A stretch of 64,000 nucleotides of DNA from Patescibacteria group bacterium (GTDB lineage Bacteria; Patescibacteriota; Patescibacteriia; Patescibacteriales; UBA12465). Location: NCBI GenBank assembly GCA_028692765.1, contig JAQUWT010000003.1, forward strand, positions 3,590 to 67,589, written 5' to 3'. The notes beneath the pieces were generated by a model. It saw only the letters and a list, made by a program, of their open reading frames with translations. It made no database searches and had not been told where the DNA came from. This document shows, piece by piece, positions 26,974 to 35,515 of this stretch. Position 1 is the stretch's first letter, and each line of letters begins with the position of its first letter. The translations under genes were made by a program, and so were the position numbers.

Positions 26974-27894
26974 TCAATTGCCGGGAACGATAACATCGAA
27001 GGGCTTGCTTCCGGGATAGGCTTTATAACCGTAGTCTTTGCAGAATTTGACGATGTTAGGACGGAAGTAATCGGGGTGAGAATCTTGGATGAGGCCGATT
27101 AAGAAATAGGATATGGCCATGGCCCAAGCCTTGCCGGCGTTTTTAGGCTTTTCTATTTCCCAGCGGTGTTGCGGGTGGCCAAAATATTCGTTTTTACCAA
27201 AGCTGATAACTAGTTCGTCTTTTTCTCTAATTACAAATTTAGCGTGCCTGGACTCGCCGTAGGAAAAAGCACGGAGTGATAAATTCGGGCCGAAGAGCTC
27301 GCTTTTTTTGATTTCCAACATCGGCGCAATCGCTCCCCACTCATCCGGCAGGATAAAGGAATAGGCGCGGTATTTTTTAAAATTTTTTGGTAATTTAAGG
27401 TTGAGGATAAATTGGGCGATTGTTGATGCTTTTTCTCCGGTAGAGGCCATAATCATGCCCAGGTAGGTAGAAACGTTGTAGGTATAGGGCTCGGGCAGTT
27501 TCGGGAAGGCGTAGCTTTCATGTGCAATTTTAGCAGCGCTGGAATTGGGCGAACAAGTCAAAAGTACGGTTTTTAGGCCGGCTTTTTTTGCTTCTTTGAT
27601 TTCCCAAATTGAATCTTTTTCGCCGGAAGCGGAAATAATGATGGCATGGCTGATATTTTTCCGTTTGATTAAATCTCGATAGCGCTTCAAAATTAGGCGG
27701 AAGTTGCTTTCATTGGCAAAAATAGCTTTTTGCTGATCAAAGATGGCCATCCCGGCATTCATGGCGTTGCCGCTGCCTACTATCAGCGGAAAAGGATATT
27801 TTTTAAGTTGCAGGCGGGGAAGCGGGTTTTTTTGGAAAAAATCCAGGGCCTTAAGGACGCTTAGGTTTAAAGAATCTAATTCCAATTTATTCAT
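26974..27894 (-). CDS. SIS-domain protein, possibly a phosphosugar isomerase (PGI/PMI-like)
   Basis: N-terminal SIS-like pattern (IVGSGNAMNAG ... IIISASGEKDS ... LLTCSPNS). The isomerase assignment is an inference from domain type and glycolytic neighbourhood. Confidence 0.4.
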   Translation of the reverse strand: MNKLELDSLNLSVLKALDFFQKNPLPRLQLKKYPFPLIVGSGNAMNAGMAIFDQQKAIFANESNFRLILKRYRDLIKRKNISHAIIISASGEKDSIWEIKEAKKAGLKTVLLTCSPNSSAAKIAHESYAFPKLPEPYTYNVSTYLGMIMASTGEKASTIAQFILNLKLPKNFKKYRAYSFILPDEWGAIAPMLEIKKSELFGPNLSLRAFSYGESRHAKFVIREKDELVISFGKNEYFGHPQHRWEIEKPKNAGKAWAMAISYFLIGLIQDSHPDYFRPNIVKFCKDYGYKAYPGSKPFDVIVPGN

Positions 27895-28000
27895 ATTTTT
27901 AATAATTTACCTAATTTTATTGATGTTTTTATTATAACGGATATTGATTTTTATTTCAATTTAGGATAAGATGGGGGCGTAAATAATTAATTTGAAAATT

Positions 28001-28723
28001 ATGTCCGGACACTCCAAATGGGCGACAACGCATCGCCAGAAAGAACTTGTTGATGCCAAGCGTGGCGCGATTTTTACTAAATTAGCCAATGTTATTTCCA
28101 TTGCCGCCAAAACCGGCGGCGACCCTTCAGCTAATCCCGGCTTGCGGGCGGCGATTGACCGCGCCCGGGCCGCCAGCATGCCTAAGGATAATATTGAAAG
28201 AGCAATTAAGAAAGGCACGGGCGAACTGGCTGGCGAGCAAATTGAAGAATTATATTACGAGGGCATCGGTCCGGCCGGTATTCAGGTGATTGTTAAATGC
28301 GTAACCGATAATCGCAACCGCAGCGCCTCTACCATCCGCCATGCTTTTACCAAGAACGGCGGTTCTTTCGGCGCGGTGATGTGGAACTTCGAACAGGCGG
28401 GGGTTATTTTAGTGTCTCAGTCCGAGCTAGCAGCTAAGAATTTAAGTGTTGCCGACATCGAATTAGATTTAATCGATAATGGCGCCAGCGATATCTCCGC
28501 TTCCGAGGAAGGCCTGACTATTTATACCGCGTTAAGCGACTTTCAGAAGATGCAGGATTTTTTAAGAAGCAAAGAGCTTAAATCGGAATCGGCAGAAATT
28601 GAATATGTGGCTAAAGAAAGAGCGAGTATTAGCGAAGCCGACCAGGAAAAGTGCGATAAATTTTTGGAAGAACTGGATGATAACGAAGATGTAAGCGCCT
28701 ATTACACTAATTTAGCTGATTAA
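28001..28723 (+). CDS. yebC: YebC/PmpR family DNA-binding regulator
   Basis: MSGHSKWATTHRQK is the canonical N-terminus. I prefer the ATG at 28001 to the TTG at 27992. Confidence 0.93.
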   Translation: MSGHSKWATTHRQKELVDAKRGAIFTKLANVISIAAKTGGDPSANPGLRAAIDRARAASMPKDNIERAIKKGTGELAGEQIEELYYEGIGPAGIQVIVKCVTDNRNRSASTIRHAFTKNGGSFGAVMWNFEQAGVILVSQSELAAKNLSVADIELDLIDNGASDISASEEGLTIYTALSDFQKMQDFLRSKELKSESAEIEYVAKERASISEADQEKCDKFLEELDDNEDVSAYYTNLAD

Positions 28724-28789
28724 AATATAGCGGATAGTTTCTTAATTCTAGGCTCGGAATACGTCATTACCGGTTCCGAGCCTCTATGT

Positions 28790-29272
28790 ATGGAAAAAAT
28801 TATTCTTGGCATTGATCCCGGCATCGCCGACACCGGCTACGGTTTTATCCGCGTTAAAGGCGGTAATTTGGAATGTCTGGATTATGGTTCGATTAAGACC
28901 CCGGCCGGACAGCCCTTGCCGGAGCGCCTGCTGTCGCTTTATCGGGAACTGCGCTTGTTGTTGGAAAAGTATCGCCCCCAAGTGGCGGCGGTAGAGCAGT
29001 TATTTTTCAACAAGAATGTGCGTACGGCTTTAATTGTCGGGCAAGCGCGCGGAGTCGCCCTTTTGGCTATCAGCCAACAGGGGATACCTTTATTGGACTT
29101 TACTCCGGCTCAAGTCAAGCAGGCTGTTTCCGCTTATGGCCAAGCTTCAAAATTGCAGATTCAAAAAATGGTTAAATTGATTTTAAAATTGGAAGAAATT
29201 CCGAAGCCGGATGATGCTGCCGATGCTTTGGCGGTGGCTATTTGCGGCGCTAACCAGCGCCAATTACGTTAA
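28790..29272 (+). CDS. ruvC: Holliday junction resolvase RuvC
   Basis: ILGIDPGIADTGYG, the catalytic acidic residues and PDDAADALAVAIC, with yebC-ruvC synteny. Confidence 0.93.
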   Translation: MEKIILGIDPGIADTGYGFIRVKGGNLECLDYGSIKTPAGQPLPERLLSLYRELRLLLEKYRPQVAAVEQLFFNKNVRTALIVGQARGVALLAISQQGIPLLDFTPAQVKQAVSAYGQASKLQIQKMVKLILKLEEIPKPDDAADALAVAICGANQRQLR

Positions 29273-29276
29273 AACT

Positions 29277-30743
29277 ATGGGAAAAATCTTAAAAATTGTT
29301 CATATCGCCTCTGAAGTCGCGCCTTTTTCCAAGACTGGCGGGCTAGGAGATGTTGCTCGCAGCTTGCCGAAATCTTTGAGCCGCCTTGGGCACGACGTCC
29401 GCTTAATTACCCCCCTGTACGCCAAAACGATTAATAAGACGGAGCATAAGCTTAAGCTTATCTTCAGCAACGTTAAATTGCGCTTGAACTCAACTGAAAC
29501 CATCATTGTCAATTATTGGCAGGGGCAGTTATTGGAAGATTTGCCCGTATATTTTATTGAGTGCGGCAAATATTTTTCCAAGCATAAAGCCTTATATGGT
29601 TCCAGCCATGAGAATGCTCGTTTTTTAGTCTTTGATGTCGCCGCCTTGAAACTCCTGTCATTGCTTAAATTTGAAGCCGATATCATTCATTGCCATGATT
29701 GGCAAACCGGCTTGATTCCTTATTATTTAAAGCATGACTTCCGCTATTCCAAGACTTTGAAAAACGCTAAGACTATCTTTACTATCCATAATTTAATTTT
29801 CCAATTCGGCCACAATTGGTGGGAGGTGCCTTTGGCGGAAAAAGATTATGGGCGCGGTTCCATTCCGCATTTGGATGACCCTCGCTTGGAGAGGATTAAT
29901 TTTGCCAAAAGGGCGATTTTATCGGCCGATATTATCAATACTGTCAGCGAACAGTATCGTTCGGAAATCATGACCAAAAAATTCGGCCAGGATTTACATC
30001 AGATTCTACGCAATCGCTCGGACCGTCTTTTTGGGATTGTTAACGGCATCGATTATTACGCCTATAACCCGGAAAAGGATCAGACTCTAAGAAGTAATTT
30101 TTCTTGGCGTAATTTGTCCGGCAAGGCTGAAAACAAGCTTCATCTGCAAAAGTTTTTCGGCTTGCCTATCGGCCGTAATATTCCGGTGATAAGCATGACT
30201 TCGCGTATTACTTTTCAAAAAGGCTTCGAATTGATGTTAAAAATTTTGCCGGATTTACTTAATTTGGAGGCGCAGTTAATCATCATCGGTGCCGGTGACA
30301 AAAAGTATATTACCGAATTGCGAAAGTTCGCCCGTAAATTTCCAAAAAAATTAGTTTTAATTCCTTCCCATAAAGCTAATCAGCAGTATGAGACTCAAGT
30401 TTATGCCGGTTCTGATTTTTTGTTGCTACCTTCCAATCATGAGCCTTGCGGTATTAATCAGCTGATTGCGATGCGCTACGGTTGTGTGCCGATTGTCCGG
30501 GAAATCGGTGGTCTTTATGATACGGTGGAAGATTATAATCCGGCTACTAGCCGAGGCAACGGCTTTACTTTCAAGCGTGAAGATCCCTCGGAACTTTTTC
30601 GTGCCGTTATCAGGGCTTTGGAAAATTATCGCCATCGCTCGGCTTGGACGAAATTGGTGCAGAGAGCGATGAAGCAATCGAACAGCTGGGAGATACCGGC
30701 AAAAAAATATATCCAGCTTTATCGCCGGGCTAAACGTTTATAA
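29277..30743 (+). CDS. glgA: Glycogen/starch synthase (GT5), copy 1
   Basis: KIVHIASEVAPFSKTGGLGDV (K-x-GGL), HCHDW, and C-terminal EPCGINQLIAMRYGCVPIVREIGGLYDTV. I prefer the ATG at 29277. Confidence 0.88.
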   Translation: MGKILKIVHIASEVAPFSKTGGLGDVARSLPKSLSRLGHDVRLITPLYAKTINKTEHKLKLIFSNVKLRLNSTETIIVNYWQGQLLEDLPVYFIECGKYFSKHKALYGSSHENARFLVFDVAALKLLSLLKFEADIIHCHDWQTGLIPYYLKHDFRYSKTLKNAKTIFTIHNLIFQFGHNWWEVPLAEKDYGRGSIPHLDDPRLERINFAKRAILSADIINTVSEQYRSEIMTKKFGQDLHQILRNRSDRLFGIVNGIDYYAYNPEKDQTLRSNFSWRNLSGKAENKLHLQKFFGLPIGRNIPVISMTSRITFQKGFELMLKILPDLLNLEAQLIIIGAGDKKYITELRKFARKFPKKLVLIPSHKANQQYETQVYAGSDFLLLPSNHEPCGINQLIAMRYGCVPIVREIGGLYDTVEDYNPATSRGNGFTFKREDPSELFRAVIRALENYRHRSAWTKLVQRAMKQSNSWEIPAKKYIQLYRRAKRL

Positions 30744-30746
30744 ATT

Positions 30747-31907
30747 ATGTTGTGGTTAAATTTTATTCATCTTTATCAGCCGGCAAACAGTCCCTCCGCT
30801 AGAATTAAAGAAGCGGTTGAAAAAAGCTATTTGCGCCTGACTCAGCTTTTGGAGGATAATCCGGATTTACATTTTACCGCCAATATCAGCGCTTGTCTTT
30901 TGGAGCGTCTGCGTGAAGACGGTTTTGAAGAGCTGATTAAGCGCTGGCGGCATTTAATTTCCTCCGGTCGCTTGGAAGTGGTGGGCTCGGCTGCCTATCA
31001 TGCCTTTTTGCCTTTGGTTCCGGAAAGCGAAGCAATATATCAAATCAAGCGTCAAGAAGAGCTTTTGCAAGAGATACTTGGAATCGATGTGCGCGGCGGC
31101 GGATTTTTCTTTCCGGAAATGGCTTATACTCCATCCTTAGCCAAGTTGGTTAAAACTCAAGGCTATCGCTGGATTATCATCGGTGAAGCTTCATTGCCCG
31201 ACAGTTTGGAGCTTAATCCCAAAGGCGCTTATCTGGATGCTAACAGCGGCTTGCAAGCGATTGTGCGTCAGCGCCGTTTTTCCAATGCTTATGCCCCCGA
31301 CCTCATCAGTGATTTATTAAAATCAGAATCCTCTTATGAACTATTAATTACGGCCACCGATGCAGAATTATACGGCTTGCGGCATGAAGACCCGACCTTG
31401 GAATTGGAAAAAATGGCCGCCCTGGATGATTTGCAAACTCAAAATATTTCCGCTTTTTTGGATACGCAGACAAGCTTGGCGCCAGTTGTTTTTCGCGCCG
31501 CTTCTTGGGAAACTAATTGGGATGAAGACGGGAATAATCCTTTTTTTGTCTGGCATGACAGGAGTAATAAGATTCAGACGTCATTATGGCGCCTGGCGAA
31601 GATGGCGATGGCTCTGGGCGATAAATATCGCGACGATAAGAATTATGAATGGTATCGCTGGCATCTGAGCCGAGGCCTAGCCAGCTGTTCTTTTTGGTGG
31701 GCCAGCGGCCGTGATTTTTTCCATAATTTTGGCCCGGTGGCTTGGAATCCGGACGAAGTCGAAAACGGCATCAATGACTTGTTAAGAGCCATTCGTTCTT
31801 TGCAGGACAGAAAGAGCTTGAAAGAAAAGGTAAAGGCCGAAAAGCTGGCTGCCGCTATCAGGGCTCGTCTTTGGCAGACTCATTGGCGCAAATTTTGGAC
31901 AGTGTAA
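30747..31907 (+). CDS. Glycoside hydrolase family 57 protein (short form)
   Basis: GH57 conserved regions are recognisable: IHLYQP, GRLEVVGSAAYHAFLPL, FFFPEMAY (nucleophile Glu) and ATDAELYG (acid/base Asp). Confidence 0.75.
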   Translation: MLWLNFIHLYQPANSPSARIKEAVEKSYLRLTQLLEDNPDLHFTANISACLLERLREDGFEELIKRWRHLISSGRLEVVGSAAYHAFLPLVPESEAIYQIKRQEELLQEILGIDVRGGGFFFPEMAYTPSLAKLVKTQGYRWIIIGEASLPDSLELNPKGAYLDANSGLQAIVRQRRFSNAYAPDLISDLLKSESSYELLITATDAELYGLRHEDPTLELEKMAALDDLQTQNISAFLDTQTSLAPVVFRAASWETNWDEDGNNPFFVWHDRSNKIQTSLWRLAKMAMALGDKYRDDKNYEWYRWHLSRGLASCSFWWASGRDFFHNFGPVAWNPDEVENGINDLLRAIRSLQDRKSLKEKVKAEKLAAAIRARLWQTHWRKFWTV

Positions 31908-31959
31908 TTTTATTAATATAAATTCAATTGCCGAATTATCAGAAATTCGGACAACTCTT

Positions 31960-33006
31960 ATGAACAAGATTCTCAGTCTGTTCGACAAGCAGACCGTTCG
32001 TTCGCTGTTAGAGAAAGAAGTTTTGCCGCTTTATCCTGATTTTAAAAAAATCGTCAGTTTGACGATAAAGCCTTATAAGAAATTAATTTGGACAACCACT
32101 TATCATGTTGTGATTGCTTATCGTGTGGTTATGGCCAAAGTCAACGGTGAAGAGCATCGGATTGAGATTGTCTGCTCGGCTCATAGCCATGAAGCCAGGG
32201 AGCATGTTTTTAAAGTTTTAAATTTTTTATGGAATAGCGGTTTGTCCGATGGCGGTATCGCCCTGCCGCGCCCCTTATTTTATAATTCCGAATTCAACGG
32301 GACTTTTTATCGGGCAATTGAGGGCAAGAATCTTTTGAATTTTATCAAATCGGATAATCACGAAAAGGTGAAATCTATGGTTGTGCAAGCGGCCGATTTG
32401 TTCGCCCGGTTGCATGCCTTAAGTTTGCCGGCCGATGCTCAAGATATCTTTGTGGCGGATAATTCTTTGGTGCGGACGGTAGTCCCGGGAAGAGATTTGA
32501 TTGTCTGGGAAATCGGTCAGCGCTTCCGGGAAAAATATGTCCATGATATCGCCAGTTTTTATGATGCTTTTATCAAGCAAGAGGAAGAGTTTTTTGCGAG
32601 CACGGAAAAGCGCTGGCTCATACACGGCGATGCCCATCCGGAAAACATTATTGCCGTCGGCGCCGATAAAATCGGTTTGATTGATTTTACCGATTTTTGT
32701 CCGGCGGACTTCGCTCGCGACCTCGGCGCTTTTATGCAGCAACTGGAATATAAGATTAAGCGCAATCTGCAGGATGTTGATTTTGCCTTGGCGATGAAGA
32801 GATTGTTCCTTGATGCCTATCTTCAGGCCGCCGGCCTTCCTTTGGATGAATCACTGCAGCGCCGTTTGGATTTATATTATAACTGGACCGCTATCAGAAC
32901 CGCGACTTTCTGGCTGTTGAAGCACGACTGCGAACCGGATAAGGCAGAGGCGGTGATTGCTTTGGTAAAAAATAATTTAAACACTAACCATCATGCTCAA
33001 GATTAA
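31960..33006 (+). CDS. Protein-kinase-like phosphotransferase (APH/ChoK family); substrate unknown
   Basis: Catalytic loop IHGDAHPENI followed by GLIDFTDF (the DFG-equivalent). Confidence 0.7.
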   Translation: MNKILSLFDKQTVRSLLEKEVLPLYPDFKKIVSLTIKPYKKLIWTTTYHVVIAYRVVMAKVNGEEHRIEIVCSAHSHEAREHVFKVLNFLWNSGLSDGGIALPRPLFYNSEFNGTFYRAIEGKNLLNFIKSDNHEKVKSMVVQAADLFARLHALSLPADAQDIFVADNSLVRTVVPGRDLIVWEIGQRFREKYVHDIASFYDAFIKQEEEFFASTEKRWLIHGDAHPENIIAVGADKIGLIDFTDFCPADFARDLGAFMQQLEYKIKRNLQDVDFALAMKRLFLDAYLQAAGLPLDESLQRRLDLYYNWTAIRTATFWLLKHDCEPDKAEAVIALVKNNLNTNHHAQD

Positions 33007-34405
33007 TAAGAAAATTCTTTTTTGCGCGGCCGAAGCCGCTCCTTTGGCTAAGGTCGGCGGCTTGGCCGACGTGGTCGGCTCTTTGCCAACAGCCCTCAAA
33101 AGCCAAGGTTTGACGGCGCGCATTATTATGCCGGCGCATGGCTCCGTGTCTTTGCGTGTTTGGCGAGCGCAGAGATTGGCTGCGTTTTCTGTTAATCTGG
33201 GAAATAAAAAAGAAAAGGTCGTTTTGTTTCAAGCCAAGGTCGGGGGTGTCCATTATTATCTTTTGCAGAATAAACATTATTTTTCCGGTGCGGTTTATGA
33301 GGGCAATACTTTAGATAAATATTTATTTTTTTCCCAAGCGGTCGCGGCCAGCCTGCCTTTCCTGTCTTTTGCTCCCGATATTATCCATGCTCACGATTTC
33401 CATGCCGCCGGAGTTTTGCTTACTTATTTGCAGAAGCCCGTTAATCTTCGCCCGAAGCTGGTTTTGACCATCCATAATTTGCAGCATCAAGGCTGGGTGG
33501 CAGCTTTTAAATTTAAATCATTTGGATTTAATCCCGAGATTGTGCCGGCGGCAGCGAAGAATGCGGCGGGCGATTGGATTAATATTTTGGCGGCAGGGAT
33601 AGCGGCGGCCGATAAGATTACGACCGTTAGCCCCAATTACGCCAAGGAGATACTGACTAAAAAATATGGGCAGGAATTGGAAAAATTGCTGATTGCCCGC
33701 AAAAATGATTTGGTCGGAATTTTAAACGGCATCGATGTCTCTTCTTATAATCCCATTACCGATAAAGCTCTGGCTTCTAATTATGGCCGCGTTAATTCAG
33801 TTTCGGGGAAAGAAATAAACAAAAAAGCCCTGCGCTCCTATTTTGCTTTGCCCGATTTGCCGGTTCCGCTTTTTGCCTTGGTCGCCCGCCTCTCCGATCA
33901 GAAAGGGATAGACCTTTTCAGCCTCGATAAGTTAAAATCTTTGTCTAAAAAATATCCTTTTCAGTTGATAATTCTCGGTACCGGCGAAGAAAAGTTTGAA
34001 AATCTCGCTGCGTCGTTAGCCATTAATCTGCCGGAGGTGGTGAGGGCGGAAATCGCTTTCGATAATGTTTTGGCGCGTAATCTTTACGCCGCTTCCGATT
34101 ATTTTTTAGTGCCCTCCCGTTTTGAGCCTTGCGGCTTGACGCAGATGATTGCCATGCGCTACGGTTCGGTGCCGATTGTTCGGGCCACCGGCGGCTTGAA
34201 AGATACGGTTATTGACGGCCGTAACGGTTTTGTTTTTAAGGATTACGCTGTTTCTTCCTTATTTTCTTCTCTGCAAAGAGCTTTGCACCTTTATTATCAA
34301 GAACCCCAGGAATATCGGGCGCTTCGCCGTGCCGGCATGTCCGCAGATTGGTCTTGGCAGGCATCGGCGCCTAAATATTTAGATTTGTATAATAGTCTGT
34401 CATAA
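32993..34405 (+). CDS. glgA: Glycogen/starch synthase (GT5), copy 2
   Basis: ILFCAAEAAPLAKVGGLADV, HAHDF and EPCGLTQMIAMRYGSVPIVRATGGLKDTV. It overlaps the kinase-like gene by 14 nt. Confidence 0.88.
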   Translation: MLKINKKILFCAAEAAPLAKVGGLADVVGSLPTALKSQGLTARIIMPAHGSVSLRVWRAQRLAAFSVNLGNKKEKVVLFQAKVGGVHYYLLQNKHYFSGAVYEGNTLDKYLFFSQAVAASLPFLSFAPDIIHAHDFHAAGVLLTYLQKPVNLRPKLVLTIHNLQHQGWVAAFKFKSFGFNPEIVPAAAKNAAGDWINILAAGIAAADKITTVSPNYAKEILTKKYGQELEKLLIARKNDLVGILNGIDVSSYNPITDKALASNYGRVNSVSGKEINKKALRSYFALPDLPVPLFALVARLSDQKGIDLFSLDKLKSLSKKYPFQLIILGTGEEKFENLAASLAINLPEVVRAEIAFDNVLARNLYAASDYFLVPSRFEPCGLTQMIAMRYGSVPIVRATGGLKDTVIDGRNGFVFKDYAVSSLFSSLQRALHLYYQEPQEYRALRRAGMSADWSWQASAPKYLDLYNSLS

Positions 34406-34419
34406 TTTTTGATTTAAAT

Positions 34420-35427
34420 ATGTCCTCTTCTCATTCTTCCGGCTTCTGGCCGGTCTTGGCCGCCTTTACCGGCAATGCCGCCGTTTGTATAGGCAAATTT
34501 ATCGGTTTTTTTGTTTCCGGTTCCAGCGCCATGTTTTCTGAAGCTATCCATAGTTTTGCTGACACGGCCAATCAATCATTGCTACTTATCGGTTTGCGCC
34601 GTTCTCGGCTGGCGCCGTCCGAAGAGTATCCTTATGGCCACGGACGCGAACGCTATATTTGGGCACTTATTTCCGCTTGCGGCATCTTTTTTGTCGGTGC
34701 TGGCGTGACCGTCTACCATGGCATTGATTCTCTCTGGCATCCCGGAGGCTTTCATTTTAGTTTTTGGCCGGTTTTTATATTAATCATTTCCTTCATTATT
34801 GAAAGCTTTACTTTATGGTTGGCTTGGCGTGAATTGCGCCGCAGCCATCCCGGAAAAAAATGGGTGAAAATATTAAAGACAGCCGATCCGACCACCTTGG
34901 CGGTCGTTTATGAAGACGGCTTGGCTGTATTTGGCGTCTTAGTCGCTTTACTAGCTTATTTATTGACGGAATTTACCGGCAATCATTATTGGGATGCCGC
35001 CGGTTCTATTTTTATCGGCGCCTTGCTGGGAGTGGCGGCAATCATCTTGATTGATAAAAACAGGCATTATCTGGTCACCACTTCTATCCCCGCGGAAATT
35101 GAAGAGGAGGTAAAGGCGATTCTTTTATCTGATCCGACGATTGAAAAATTATTGGATTTTAAATCGGCTATTTTAGATGTCGATAAATATTTGATTAAGT
35201 GTGATGTCGAATTTAATGCCGCCGCTATGATTCAGCATCTGGAACAGCATCATTTTTTATCCAATGAATATAAAGAGATACAGAATGATTACGAAGAATT
35301 TATGAAATTTTGCGTCGATTATATGGATAGGGTGCCGCGTTTGGTGGGCAGAAAAATTGATGAGATTGAAAAGAGGATTCAAGAGCGTTTTCCCAAGATT
35401 GTCTTTATCGATATTGAAATAAATTAA
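34420..35427 (+). CDS. Cation diffusion facilitator (CDF) family transporter
   Basis: Six TM helices, HSFADTANQ in TM2, and a C-terminal cytoplasmic domain. Confidence 0.8.
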   Translation: MSSSHSSGFWPVLAAFTGNAAVCIGKFIGFFVSGSSAMFSEAIHSFADTANQSLLLIGLRRSRLAPSEEYPYGHGRERYIWALISACGIFFVGAGVTVYHGIDSLWHPGGFHFSFWPVFILIISFIIESFTLWLAWRELRRSHPGKKWVKILKTADPTTLAVVYEDGLAVFGVLVALLAYLLTEFTGNHYWDAAGSIFIGALLGVAAIILIDKNRHYLVTTSIPAEIEEEVKAILLSDPTIEKLLDFKSAILDVDKYLIKCDVEFNAAAMIQHLEQHHFLSNEYKEIQNDYEEFMKFCVDYMDRVPRLVGRKIDEIEKRIQERFPKIVFIDIEIN

Positions 35428-35515
35428 ACATCTAAGCTTTATTTGAGATTTACGAGTACTTTTTGTATAATAAAGACAGACTGCCAGCTTTTTAATCGGC
35501 AATAACTTTAATTTT

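Noticed and set aside
27961-28218. 85-aa minus-strand ORF at the yebC start.
   Set aside because: It is antisense to yebC and is an Ala/Arg-rich shadow frame.
29211-29276. N-terminal extension of glgA copy 1 overlapping ruvC.
   Set aside because: The conserved synthase N-terminus (MGKILKIVHIASEVAPFSKTGGLGDV) starts at 29277, 5 nt after the ruvC stop.
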